From: Octopus sinensis
Lineage: Eukaryota
Reading direction: 5' to 3'
Length of the DNA stretch: 64,000 nt
NCBI RefSeq assembly: GCF_006345805.1
Contig: NC_042999.1
Span: 40,796,001-40,860,000, forward strand
Shown: in pieces, positions 40,285-53,200 of the stretch
How positions within the stretch are numbered: position 1 is the stretch's first letter
Layout of the letters: each line of letters opens with the position of its first letter
Notes under the pieces: model-generated
The model's input: the letters and a program-made list of their open reading frames with translations, nothing else
What the model was told of the DNA's origin: nothing
Database searches by the model: none
Program-made: the position numbers and the translations under genes

Positions 40285-41430
40285 ATGGCCAATAATTTTC
40301 AAAAACGCCGCTGGGTTGAAAAGGAAATTACTGCAATGATTAACGCTTGGTTCATCCATCACAACGAAGCTAATGTTTATAGCAAAATAACTGAGGATTT
40401 AACGAAAAAATCCTTTCACAGATCTGTAAAACAGATAGAAAATAAATTAAAAGAAATTGTTAGGATATTCCCTATTTTTCACGCGCACATGGCTACACTA
40501 AAAGCCATTCTTGCCAACGAATCCAGTACAACAAATGACCAAATCCCAACAGGTCAGTGGTCACTTCAACAGCAACAATCAACTGACCTACTTCCATTGA
40601 CAACAGCACCTGATGAACCAAGTCAAGTCTCACCTTCGCTACAGCAACAAAAACAACAACAACAACACTCTAATACTACCACTAGTCAAGTTCCAATGCT
40701 GCTACAACTCCCCACTACTGCCACAATAGGAAAACCACTACTACATCCGCGTAAAACCATCTGCCACTACTACTCTCAAGGCAGCTGCAGATTTGACCAC
40801 ATACTGGCAAGCCAGAACCCACCATCACAAAATCAACAAGCTGCTTCTAACACCACCACCACCACCACCACTACTACTACTGCCAAAATAGAAAAACCAC
40901 TACTACAACCAAATAAAACCCCCTGCCGTTACTATTCTAAAGGCACTTGTAGATTTGGCCCCAGCGGCACAAACAAAAATGGACGCTGTGCTTTTCCCCA
41001 CCCGACCTTATGTCGTAGACTTGCTATGGGCACCTGTCCATACGGTATAACAGGAAAAAATTGCCCCCACCTCCACCCCAAATACTGTCCTAAATACAGA
41101 ATCTATGGTTCTGACCCTAAATACGGATGCATAAGAGGCAATGGATGCACCTTATTCCATCCTAAACTGTGCCAAACTTCTGTCTCACAAAGGATGTGCC
41201 TGAACCCAGAATGCAACAACCACCATATGAAGGGCACAAAACGATCACAGAATAGATATGAACAGGAACAGAGGAAATCTAGGTCAACAACAAGAACAAA
41301 ATACAACCACGTTTCCCCTCCTACAATCAAACTACGTAGACAGAACCAGGAAAAAACACCAAATAACGCCAACTTGAAATATGTATCCCTGACCAAGTGG
41401 CAAACCAAACAAGTAACTCTTTTTTACTGA
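40285..41430 (+). CDS. LINE ORF1 protein: Myb/SANT-like trihelix, Q/T-rich linker, tandem CCCH zinc fingers (C-terminus probably frameshifted)
   Basis: RRWVEKEITAMINAW...VYSKITEDL...RSVKQIENKLKEI; CRYYSKGTCRF...C...H, CRRLAMGTC...C...H, CPKY...C...C...H, CQTS...C...C...H. Confidence 0.8.
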   Translation: MANNFQKRRWVEKEITAMINAWFIHHNEANVYSKITEDLTKKSFHRSVKQIENKLKEIVRIFPIFHAHMATLKAILANESSTTNDQIPTGQWSLQQQQSTDLLPLTTAPDEPSQVSPSLQQQKQQQQHSNTTTSQVPMLLQLPTTATIGKPLLHPRKTICHYYSQGSCRFDHILASQNPPSQNQQAASNTTTTTTTTTTAKIEKPLLQPNKTPCRYYSKGTCRFGPSGTNKNGRCAFPHPTLCRRLAMGTCPYGITGKNCPHLHPKYCPKYRIYGSDPKYGCIRGNGCTLFHPKLCQTSVSQRMCLNPECNNHHMKGTKRSQNRYEQEQRKSRSTTRTKYNHVSPPTIKLRRQNQEKTPNNANLKYVSLTKWQTKQVTLFY

Positions 41431-41494
41431 CATACCTGGAAAATATGAAGGCCGACCTAAGCCAGGAGATCCAGCGAGCCATCACCAACCATCT

Positions 41495-44400
41495 ATGCAA
41501 ATCACAAGGACCACTCACCCATTACCAACTTCCCTTACCTCGACATTCCTGTTAAATGTACGTGGCATCAACCCATCAATTATTGCCCAAAAATGGAAGA
41601 TCCCATATATAGAGAGTTGGCTTGCCGAAATGGCACATTGCTTCCCTTTCTTTATCCTTACCGAGACTCACCTGAACAACACCCATATGGACGCAGAGGT
41701 GAAAATAAAAGATTTCACCATTGTTCATGCGGATCGCACAGACCGAAATAAGGGAGGGACAGCCATCTTTATCCATGACTCCTTTTCACTTGATGCCAAG
41801 GACACATTTTCCAATGGCTACTGTGAATCGGTATCAGTATACAACAAAGCCAAGGACATAACCATTGTTGGTCTTTACAGGCCTCCCCAGGCACCTCTAA
41901 AGTACTTTGAAGAGTGCCTTAGAAAAGTCAAGTCCTTCCTTCGGAAGTACCACTCCGGAAACATAATAGTGATGGGTGATTTTAACCTCCCTCATGTGAA
42001 CTGGCCCACAAATACTCCGAAGTTAGGCAAGTGCTCTACATCAGATAGGGCAGCAGCAGAACTGCTCTTTAATCTGATGGATGAGTATTTCCTGACTCAG
42101 CTAGTGCTTGAACCAACGAGACAGAATAAAACGATCTTGGATCTGGTACTGACCAATCACTCTAGCTACGTTCACAGCATTTCAGTCGAAAAAACTCTCC
42201 TCTCAGACCACGACATGGTACTCTGCAATCTTAATTCCCGACGTATAAAAACCAAACCAGCCAATCCCACTCCATGGCACCCATTTGACAATATAAATTT
42301 CCACAAAGCGGACTGGGGAACAATCAGAAAGGATCTGTCTTCCATCGACTGGTCTTTTACTCTCAATTCCCCTCATATTGAGACCGCGTGGCAGCACTTT
42401 GAAACCATTGTCACCGACACATGCTCTAAACACGCTCCCAAGAAATCTACTAACACAAACAGAAACCGGCTCCCTAAAAAGAAAAAAACACTCATCAGGC
42501 GCATCAAAAGACTCAACAAAAAAATCAACCAATTAAAATATTCCCACACGCAACATCCACATTCAACAACAATGAAAAGACTAGAGCTGGAAAAACTTCA
42601 TCTGCAGACTAACATGAAAACCTCCATTGAAAATCAAAGAGCTGTGGAGGAACAATGGGTAATCAAAAACATCAAACAGAACCCAAAAGTGTTCTATTCT
42701 TATGCAAATAAGCATAGAACCACTGTCTCACCTATTGGGCCATTGATTGATGAAAACGGCATTCCCCAACACGATGCTAAAGAAATGGCAGAAATACTGC
42801 AGAAACAATATTGCTCTGTCTTCAGTGTTCCCACTGATATTGATGTGAGGGAAACGAACGAAGCTGACTCCCAACACAAAATCGCAGACATAACCTTCAC
42901 TGCCACCGACAATCGTAGCAGCAATAAATGAGGTCAAACATTACTCCGCTGTAGGCCCTGATAGATTTCCCGCCAGTCTCCTGAAGGAATGTAGATATCA
43001 ACTTGCAGTCCCTCTGACCAACCTCTGGAGAAACTCGTTAGACGCAGGTTATATACCGAAAAAGTTTCTATCCCAGTCGGTCATCCCGGTTTTCAAACAG
43101 GGAAACAGATCCCTCGCAGTCAACTATCGCCCAATCTCACTCACCTCCCACATCATTAAAGTGTTTGAAAGAGTGTTAAGATCAAGGATAGCTGACTTCC
43201 TGGAGACCCACAAACTCCTAAATTCAAATCAACATGGCTTTCGCTGTGGCAGGGACTGTCTAACACAGCTCTTACACCACATTGAAGATGTACTCAAAGC
43301 CTTGGGAACAGGTTCGAACTCTGACGTCATATACCCTGACTTCAGTAAAGCGTTCGACAGGGTAGACCATAACATCCTACTCTCAAAATTGGCAAATGTT
43401 GGAATCCGTGGAAAAGTTCTACACTGGATTCAGTATTTCCTAGCGAATAGAACACAACATGTTGTAGTTGATGGAGTCCACTCAAACCCAGCAAAAGTCA
43501 CCAGCGGTGTTCCCCAGGGAACTGTTTTGGGTCCGCTACTCTTCATAATTTATGTAAACGACCTTTCCAGTGTCGTACATCACTGCAAAGTGAAAATATT
43601 CGCTGATGACACTAAGCTCCAGCAAATCGTCAATGAAGAAGCAGACCGAACTCAACTCCAGTCTGACCTATATGCTGTGAGTCAATGGGCAGACAGAAAC
43701 AAAATGCAACTGAATGAGGGAAAATTTGAGCTGATGCATTTTGGAAGAAATTCCTCACTAAAACAACCATACTCTCTTCCTTCAGGGGAACCGCTCACAG
43801 CCTCTAACAATATCAGAGACCTGGGTGTAATTGTTGATGACGATCTCAGTTGGAGTGCACACATCAACAAGAAGGTCGATACAGCTCGTAGGATGAGTTC
43901 CTGGATCTTAAGAACTTTCCGGTCCAGAGAACAAGGTGTCATCATACCACTTTTTTCATCCTTTGTACGGCCACACCTTGAATACTGCTGCCCACTGTGG
44001 TCTCCTCACACAAGACAAAACATCTCCAGAATTGAGTCACCCCAGAGGGCTCTCTCTAAACAAATTGAAGGCATGGCTGCTCTCGACTATTGGGATCGCC
44101 TTAAAGCCTTGAAACTTTACTCCCTCCAGCGTCGCCGTGAGCGGTACATCATTTGTACGATGTGGAAAATATACCGCCAACTTTGCCCAAACGACCTAAA
44201 CATTAGCTTCAAGGTTCATCCGAGACTTGGACCACGGGCTATACGTCCCCTGCCAAATTCAAGATCACAACATACATGTACACTGCAACATAATTTCTTT
44301 TCCTCAACAGGCCCTGCCCTATTTAACATTGTCCCGAGGGAGATCAAAGAGGAAAAGGATCCCATCAACTTCAAACAGAGTCTGGATAGATTCCTTCAAA

Positions 44401-44504
44401 GAATACCAGACAAGCCACCCATAATTGGATACAACTCACCCAACAAGAACTCACTACTTGAACAAAACTGGATACAACTCACCCAACAAGAACTCACTAC
44501 TTGA
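41495..44504 (+). pseudogene. LINE ORF2: APE endonuclease + reverse transcriptase, one +1 frameshift at ~42911
   Basis: EN motifs LNVRG, LTETHL, YRPP, GDFN, LDLV, SDH. After the extra A the frame resumes as IVAAINEVK..SAVGPD..NYRPISLTS. RT motifs DFSKAFD, GVPQG.VLGP, FADD, RDLGV, YSLQRRRERY. Confidence 0.95.
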
Positions 44505-44722
44505 ACAAAACTTGACTTAAACAGGATTCGAATAATCCTATCAGGTGGTGCTATTAAGTTAGACATGGCCTGGACCAATCTCTGGTCGAAACATATCTAA
44601 GTCTAAGTTTATACAGTTTTGACCCCCCCCCCCATGCATTTACATAATACTTTTTCTTTTCGTTTCACTATCTCTGCCAGTTCCTTTCGTTTTCTCTTTC
44701 TCACTTACATTTTCTCTTTCCG

Positions 44723-44778
<56 letters not shown>

Positions 44779-45627
44779 TTCTCTCCTACTTTTTCTCTTC
44801 TTTTCTTTATATATATATAACCGATTACTTTATCTACAAAAAAAAAAATCTGAATGTCTATTAGAGTAGAATTTTGAAAGAGTATTTGTGTTAACGAAGA
44901 AACAGTATACCACATTTAAGTGTTTGCTACAGATTGCTTCAGGGAATATTAACACCCGATAATATAACTAATAAGAGCTTAGCTGGTAAGGTGTATATTG
45001 AATAGAAGTTTCTTATATAACAACGAAAAGCAATAATATCCTACGCAGTCCACGATAGAAAATCTCAACCGCCGGGAATAGTAAATCCGCTAGTTAATCC
45101 TCTAATGTTGGTAAGATAGATTTGAGATATTACAAGAACTTTATGGATTTTATTTAACATAATGAAGCATTTTCTGTAAAGATAAGCAAAACGGTTGATA
45201 AGGTATTTTTATATTTTTATAAAATTTAAAACTACATTGTGTATATTTCAGTACAGTCAATCGAAAGATATGCTTATAAAATACTTCTAAAACGATAAAG
45301 AAACTGTTATTGATAAGAGAATGTAAAATGTGTGATAAAAAGATGTAAATCTTGCGAATAAATATGCAATGAAAACGAGGAAGTTTTATGTTCTGGGAGA
45401 TCCAAATTCGGTTACAAATCAGCATATGCTTTGCATATTTGTTGTGTTATCAGTATCAAGTTTTTTTTTTAAAGAAACGATAGACGCAGGCGTGATTGCA
45501 TGGTTTGGAAGTTCAAGTGCGCTGCGAAACCATTCGCTGCATGGTACGAGTCGTCCGAATTTTTGTGAGTAAATTTGGTTAGCAGAAACCGAAGGCTCCG
45601 TTGTGTATGTGTGTTCATGTGTACACT

Positions 45628-45666
<39 letters not shown>

Positions 45667-46118
45667 CACACACACACACCACACACACACACAACATACA
45701 CACACACACATACATACACACACACACTATTTTTAGGCATATAAATCGAATTTTCCGGACCAGATTTACAAGGTATTGTAGGTTGATTTAAACACCAAGT
45801 TGATTTTTGAGGGGAAATTCCATGGGAAATTACATATGTATGTATATATATATATATAATGTGCGTGGCTTATTCACAGTATTACAACGTAAAGACAGAA
45901 ATATTATTTATATATATGTATAGCGTATTTTCTGGTATAAATGTCGAGGTAGTATTTTGTATAAACATCATAACTATTTTCCCAAATCTTGTCGCACTTC
46001 GCATGGAAAGCCTGGTTCCCCAAAATCATTTTGGTATATGTATATATATAAGTATGTATATATATATGTGTATGTATGAGTGTGTGTGTGTGAGTGTATG
46101 TGTGTGAGTGCGTGTATA

Positions 46119-47220
46119 CAGGTGTTCGACAAAATAATGGAAATAACTTAAAATTTCAAGCAAATTTAATTTAATGTGGGGTAGGACCGCCTTTGGCAGT
46201 AATTACAGCTTGAATTCTACGAGATATGGACTCGTACAAAGTTTGAAGTGGTTCCAAAGGAATTTTTGTCCATTTTTCAACTAAAACATTCTCCAATTCT
46301 AGTAGTGATGATGGTGGAGGATATCGACTCCTTATTTGTTTTTCTGAAATGCACCATTCATGTTCAATACTCTTGAGATCTGGGGACTGTAGTGACCAGA
46401 TAAGATGTTAAACTTCACTAGAATGTTCCTCCTGCCATTCAGTAACAATTTTAGTTGTGTGAATGGGTGAATAATCACCTGCGTTTCACTCCGGAAACAG
46501 TTCCGCAACCAAACGATGAATTTGATCAGATAAATGCTTAAACAGTCTTGACTATTAATTCTTTCATGAAGGAAAACCATTGGGCAGGCGCATTTCCAAG
46601 ATATAGCGCCCTAGATCATTACAGATCCTCCTCCATGTTTAACAGTTGGAATAATGCAATCTGGGTCAAATGCTTCTTTTGGCTATCTCCACACGAATAT
46701 TCAGCCGGTGGTCAGAATAAAGTAAAGGATGGACTCGTTCGAGAAAATAACATTCTTCCACTGCGCTAGGAACCAATTCTGTAGGTTCTTACTCCACTCT
46801 AAACGCCTTACGTTAGTTCTCGAGGTGGTCATTAAGCTCTGCAGCAATTTTGGGAGCTGTACTTTTGTGATCCTTTCTAACAACTGGCATAAGAGTCCTA
46901 TCTAAAAAATGTTGTTTTCTTCCGGAGTTTTGTTTCGACGAGGTGTATTCTCCCTCTTTCTCAAAGGCTGTAATTACTTTCGAGACAGTACTTCCTGATA
47001 CAACAAGCATTTCGGCTGTATTCCTTACGCTAGCGCCTGCCATACGAGCGCCAACAATTTGACCTCTTTGAAAGTCCGATAGATCTGTCATTTGAATGAT
47101 TTTTAATTGCTTTTTTCTGATGATATCTGAAAAGAAACCACAATTTTAGCAAAAGATATTAAGCAACACTAATAATAAATCAAAAACCGTAAAAATAAAC
47201 AAGCTATTCATGGTTTTATA
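46119..47220 (-). mobile_element. Decayed Tc1-like transposon lacking its 5' TIR
   Basis: TA|CAGGTGTTCGACAAAATAATGGAAA TIR at 46119. Transposase from 47091: MTDLSDFQRGQIVGARMAGASV..., WKNVIFSNES, QSPDLKSIE, broken by frameshifts. Confidence 0.88.
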
Positions 47221-47226
47221 TATATA

Positions 47227-50200
47227 CTAGCAGCATAGCCCGGCGTTGCCCGGGTATGTAAGAGCCCCTAGTAGGCAACGACTAATCCCAATGTAGTCCT
47301 TTCCCTCCAGGGAACGAAGGTGCATGTGGACGTTGCAATGTCTTGTCTTCACTGGAATACTTCTGTATATACGATGTTCCTAGCTGTCCGTTTGGGCGAA
47401 AACATGAAAACATCATTGCGCCTCCCAACGCGTGAACAGCCCACGTAGAGTTGACCGTGGGCGAAGCACTGTTCGCCCAAATGTAACCCAGCGACTTGTA
47501 GCGTTTGGCCTTGGGATTTATTGATGGACATTGCGAAGCAGAGTTTAACAGGAAACTGAGAACGCCTGAAGTGGATTGGTAGGTCAGCGCCCGACGGTTG
47601 AAGGTGCATCCGTGGAATGAAGACGTCCTCTCCCTTCCCACAACCGGTAAGTATTGTGGCCGTTATTAAATGTGGTGCCAAATGTTTCACAACCAAACGT
47701 GTGCCGTTGCACTGTTTAGGTGGAACCAAATTCCTGATGAGCATAATGGGCGCACCGACTTTTAACTTCAGGATGTGTGGTGGCAGGCCTGGCGGTTCAA
47801 GTGAATTCAGGAATTCAACAGGATAATCGGCAAGCTGGGCGGGGTCTGCTGTCCTATCTATAGATTTGTAGACGTGGACATCACCAGGAATAGCTTCAAG
47901 TAGCTGGATATTGATGGAGTTGACGGTTGTATTTTTGGGTGCGAGAATAGCTCTGCCTGCCAGCCATTTTAGGTCGCGTAAATTGTTTTGTAGGTCGTGG
48001 AAGACAGCGTCCCGGAGGCTAGCAGGGGTGTCGACAATGGTGCAAAGTGAGTCCAATTGAACGTAGCCATCCGCATCAGACAGAATCCTATTTTCACCGA
48101 GCGATAAGAGGTCCCTGGAGAATGCAGCGGATCCGCTGTCACCAATTAACTGCGCGCGCATGTTAGTTTGGAGGTGCAAGGGCCGCACATGTGCCCAAAG
48201 AGCTGACGACTTAAGGCACGCGCGCACGGCATCGGCACGGGTTCCTTTTGGAATAACAGGTAGAGTCTGCCTGAAGTCTCCTGAAAGAAGTAAAGTTAAT
48301 CCTCCCATGGGGGCCGTAGAGTCTCTGATGTCTTGCAGGGACCTGTCCAGTGCCTCAAGGGCGCCTTTGTGTGCCATAGTGCACTCGTCCCATACGATGA
48401 GTTTGCATCTGCGAAGAATGTCGGCCTGTTCTGAGTTCTTGGCGATGTTGCAGATAGGTGACTCGGACTTTGCCAGATCGAGCGGGAGTCTGAAGGCAGA
48501 GTGGGCGGTTCTGCCACCCGGAAGCAACGTGGCCGCGATACCAGAGGAAGCTACAGCCAGGGCAATGTCCGTGTTGCGTCTGACCTCTGCCAGAATTAGT
48601 TTAGTGACGAAGGTTTTGCCTGTGCCGCCGGGTGCATCAAGGAAGAAAATCCCCCCACGTTGCTGTCTGACAGAGTCTACGATGGTGTTGTAGGCTATGC
48701 GCTGGTCTGGAAGCAGCCGTGGTTCATTATCTTGGACGTACTGGTGCAGTTCCTCAATGCAGTAGGAAGTTTCGCGTAACAATTCAGCAGACATAACATT
48801 GGCGTGTTCACGTGTGGGTGGTGGAAGGCCGTACTCTGTTAAAGCAGACCCACCCATATCGATGACAGCGTCTTCGAGTTGAATGAGCGCAAAATTGTAA
48901 ATGAAGTTGGTGAACGTGATCTCGGCGGAAGGGCAGTGTTGCTGAGCCGTACGTAAGAAGTCGTGCGACATGTCATCCCTGTATTTCATCCAGAGACTTA
49001 GTGGATGACTAAGCTGACATTTTTGAAGAAGGATTGCGAAAAGATGTCGTAGGGCCGAATGCGTTTGCAGTAAAGCACCCTCTGCCATTGTGGCGTCCCA
49101 CTGGGAGTCATCCTCTAGAAGGCCAAGTCTCATACATGCTTCCCTGAAGGTGTCGCACAGAACCCAATTGACGGTACGTATATTGGCGAAACCTGTTCGA
49201 CCAGTGACCTCATGTAGAAGGAGACGGAGGTAGAAGCATTCTTGCTGGTTTGGCGGGATGTTGTAAACTCGACCCAGGCAGGAGTCAAACTTGACGCCTG
49301 GGAAGCTTTCGACGTTTTTGCCGGATTTCCGTCGAACCCAGGTGTTTTTAGACCACACGAAGTACGATGGGACCTGTGGGTACAAAAGCGTTCGAGCGAA
49401 GTCATCACGTTGGCATAATTTGAAGAAACCAGTCAACGTTGTGTCTTTAGGGCTGGTGGCTATCTGCACAGCACTTTGCTCTGTGAAGTAAATCCGCTGT
49501 CCATTTTCCAAGTGTACAGCAAGCTGCACCACAGCCGGGTGTCTCTGATGGAGCGGGAAGCCGTAAATGCGCCAAAACGCTTCGTTGCTGCTGAGGTACC
49601 GGCCAGCCAAGTAGTTGGACACTTCGTCGCGACTGGTGGTCCTCTGGATGCTGAACATGGCAGCATCGCTGCCTTTGTTGATATATTTGCAGACATATTG
49701 TATTGACCTGATGGAGCTGCAGAACTCAACGTTGACGTGGGCTTTGAATATCTTCGACAGGAGAGGACAGTAGGGGACAATGTAGCTGTTGTCCACTTGA
49801 TGTCGCCCAACCGTAATCGTGCGGCCTCCATTGGCTGGACTCCTTCGTTTGTACAGCGGATAACCATCGCCGCCTGTTTGAGTCTCCAAAGTGAACCGTT
49901 TAGGGAATCCCTTTGAGCAGGCTAATCCGTTTTTGTAGCATGGTGTGTTGGCGTAATTTGGTCCACAGGGCCCGTGTACCATGGTAGTGCGGACAATTTC
50001 GTAGAGTCCGGGTGTTCATCGGGGTCAGGAATCTCGGCGGAAATGAATTTGTCAATGTCATTAGTCTCGATTTTATGAGTGAATCAAAATTAATATGTGA
50101 GCATGTGGAAAGCCCCTCTTTTGCCACTCGACCGAAAACATGTGGCACCTGACATGCCCGAAAATCTGACCCTTAACTATCAAATCCTTCATTTTGCCCA

Positions 50201-53200
50201 AATTCAGACGGAAAACCCTAGCAACGATGTCGTGTCGATGGGTGTGAGATTGACCCGGGAGGATTTCGCGAGTGATTTCGTCGCAGCTGGGATTGCACGT
50301 GTAGGTGATAAAGAGGTCCGGCCGGCCGTAAATGCGCACGTAGGTCAAGGCGTCTTGGGTCCTTTCACGCATATATCGCGGTCCTCCCGTGAAGGTGGAG
50401 GGTAGAATGCATGGCTTGCCGATGTTGCGAGGGTCATTTTCTTGTTGCAAACCGTCACGGAGATGAATGTAGGAGTCGGAGCGAAGTTTGGTCTGATTAA
50501 GTTTAATGTATAGCAGCCTTTCCGATTCCATTTTTGCGGCCATGTCGACGGCGAACTGGTTGAATAGCTGACGACAACGGGGCAATAAGTTGAACTCACC
50601 CTCCCTGACCATGAACCGGTATGAGTAGAACGCCCTGCAGGAAACCGTCTTTGATGCCGCAGTAGTTTGATTGGAGGGCTGCCGTAAAGGAATTCCGAAG
50701 TGGTAGCCGTCTTCCCCATAAGGGAAAAGCAATGGATACTGAAGCGCGTCATAAGATCTGTGAGTCTCGCTGATCCTGTGTAGGTTGTTACCACGGGAGG
50801 AGATGATTATGTCACGGCTGTTGTGTTGCTCTCCGTGTATAACTGCGGCAATTTCGTTGCACGCAGGTGCGTTGAAACGGCGTTCGTGCTCCCCGTGGGG
50901 TCGTTTATCAGCATCAATGACAACGGTGAAGTTTGGAGAAGGAGCACTGTCCAAGGCATATCTGAAGCTGCAGACGTAGCTGTTGATATCATGAAGCATG
51001 GTTTGGAGACGGAGAAGAATGTCTTTGCGGGGAACATAGCTTGTACCCGGTATTATTCCAAGGCGTGCATCAACCTGGTGGTTGTAGTCGGCAATGAAGT
51101 ATATTTGGAGGAAAGAAGACTGCTGAATCTCGTCTGGCAGAAGTGACCCAATAAGATGGTAGACCTGTCCCTGCACTTTGAAAGTAGGCATCCAGCCTTC
51201 TCTGGGAGGAATTTTGGCCCCGAAAGAGGTCATTTGGAATGAGCAGTTGTACTTTCGAATTATTTCAAGGAATTGTGACGAATCGAGGGTTAAACCCGCC
51301 GCGAGATCCTTCAGTGGTTGAGGTGGTTCCCGTAGGGGTGGCAGGTCCACTTTGCCACCAGAGCAGCACAAACCAGGTGGCTCTCCGGGCCATTTCTTGG
51401 CTTTGCAAAACTGGCATACAATTGTCATTGACCCTATCTTGATGTCGTCACGCAAGGAGAAGTTAATTGTGGGGTCGTAGTTGAATGCTAGTGACAACCA
51501 GAAAGCGGGGGCAGGGGTACGTACACCACGAATGATATCCCGACGTTTGTTGATACTCTCAAGTCGAGTGCACCGTGCCTCGGCAGATTCAGATGCACGT
51601 GCGACAGCGGTAGCAGTGGCATCCCTTGAAAGCCTTTCAGCTCTCGCCTCAGCACCCTCTGAAGCCCTAGCAGAAGCAGTGTTAATGGCATGTCTGGATG
51701 TCCGAATAGTCCGTTGGTGTGGAGTTTCGGCAGATCGAGCCCTGGCTGTGTTTGCGGCGTTAGCAGCTTGGCGAGTTCTCCTCTGCTGTGAGGTTTCGAC
51801 AGATCGTGTCCTGGCAGTGCTAGTGGCGTTAGCCGCATTCCGAATGGCCCTTTGTTCGGGGTTCTCGCGAGCTCTGCGGATGGAAGCACAGTAAGAAGCC
51901 CGCATGTTTTGGCTGGACTGTTGCTCTTTCGTCAACCTCGAGCGGAGGGAAGATCTGTACGCTGCGACCCTTGCAAGTCGGGTAGAACGGTCGCTAGTAG
52001 TTTCAGATGCCTGAGCAGCGGCATAACGGGAAGCTGTTTGCGAGAGGCGCAAGGCGGTTTCCTCGTGGGTCTCGCGTGCCCTTCTAGCCCTAGCAGCCGA
52101 TGCCTTGGCCGTCCGAGGGCTGAGGAGGGTCCTTCTCTTCTTGGGTGGCATTTTGGTGGATAGCAATGTGTTTGGCAAAGGTGTAATAAAAAGGAACACG
52201 TGGGGTAAGTATTTTGGTGGATAGCAATGTGTTTGGTAAAGGTGTAATAAAAAGGAGCTCGTGGGGTAAGTATCCGAAAATGTATAAAAATGTACAAAAA
52301 CGGCCAAAAAGCTGGCAGCAATGTGAGTGACAACAACGAAAAAGTCAAAAGTGATCAAACTGAACAAACGAAAGGAAAAGTTTTTTGATGCACACGACAA
52401 AAGTGGTTTATAATAACCAAGAGTTTGCAAGTAGCGTCCGAGGACCGTTAGGGTACGTCAAAAATTGAAGGTAAAACGTTTGGGGTGGTAGTTATAAAGA
52501 AAGTTTAAACCCAAAAAGTATTCGAATAACTTGCGGCTGCAGCAGCTATTAGCAGAAGTGGCGGTGTTGGGGGTAAAGTCTCGAATGTAATTTCTTCCTG
52601 GTAGGAATTGGTTGGATCGAATTATCGATAGCTAAAAAGGTCAAGTTGCGTCCCCTAGACAGTCTGGTTTGTGTTTAATACACAAATTTGTTTGCTATGT
52701 GTGCCACATATGATTAAATTAACCGATTTTTTCCAATAATGTATCCTATTGGAATAAAAAGGGCTATATAGCTCCTTGGAGCAGACATGAAGCTCGTTGT
52801 GAAAAAAAAAAGATTCCTGCCAATTTGTGAAAGATATTGTCGAAAATATGTCATCTTGAATTTGAACGCGATTTCCCAAAATGGCATGATTTTATCGATT
52901 GTTTCTGATGGTAAGGTATTGCATGGAAAACTAACGTCAGAATTGAGTTTCTTAGGGTAACATTAAGCTTCACCATGAGTTTGGTGAAAATCGATTGCAA
53001 GTTGTGAAAACTACCATAGATAATGCGTTGCATAAAAAAGCTTAGATTCTCGAGTTGCGTCCCCTAGACAGCCTGTGGTTCATGTTTATGATTCTCGACC
53101 CCATGTCGAATTTATCAATTTTTTTCAGAACTGGGGGAACTTTTCAAAATTTTCGCTTCGTTAGTTTTGAATTATGACATTGGGCTATGTGTGTGTCAAG

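Larger units (their letters stand above)
39833..44608 (+). mobile_element. Near full-length non-LTR retrotransposon (APE-RT type; clade unresolved, e.g. CR1/L2 group or Proto2-like)
   Basis: 5'UTR, ORF1, ORF2 (EN+RT), short 3'UTR with stem-loop GACCA-atctc-TGGTC (44573-44587) and (TCTAAG)2 tail. The 5' boundary is approximate and no TSD is visible. Confidence 0.9.

Noticed and set aside
44570-44592. Stem-loop followed by GAAAC in the LINE 3'UTR as a hammerhead
   Set aside because: No CTGANGA core; more likely an ordinary 3' recognition stem-loop.
48160-52348. Antisense and alternate-frame ORFs in the Helitron
   Set aside because: Expected shadows of a GC-rich coding sequence, with no independent motifs.
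52152-52430. N-terminal extension of the 785-aa ORF
   Set aside because: Non-ATG start running through a tandem duplication; MPPKKRR at 52151 is the more plausible start.
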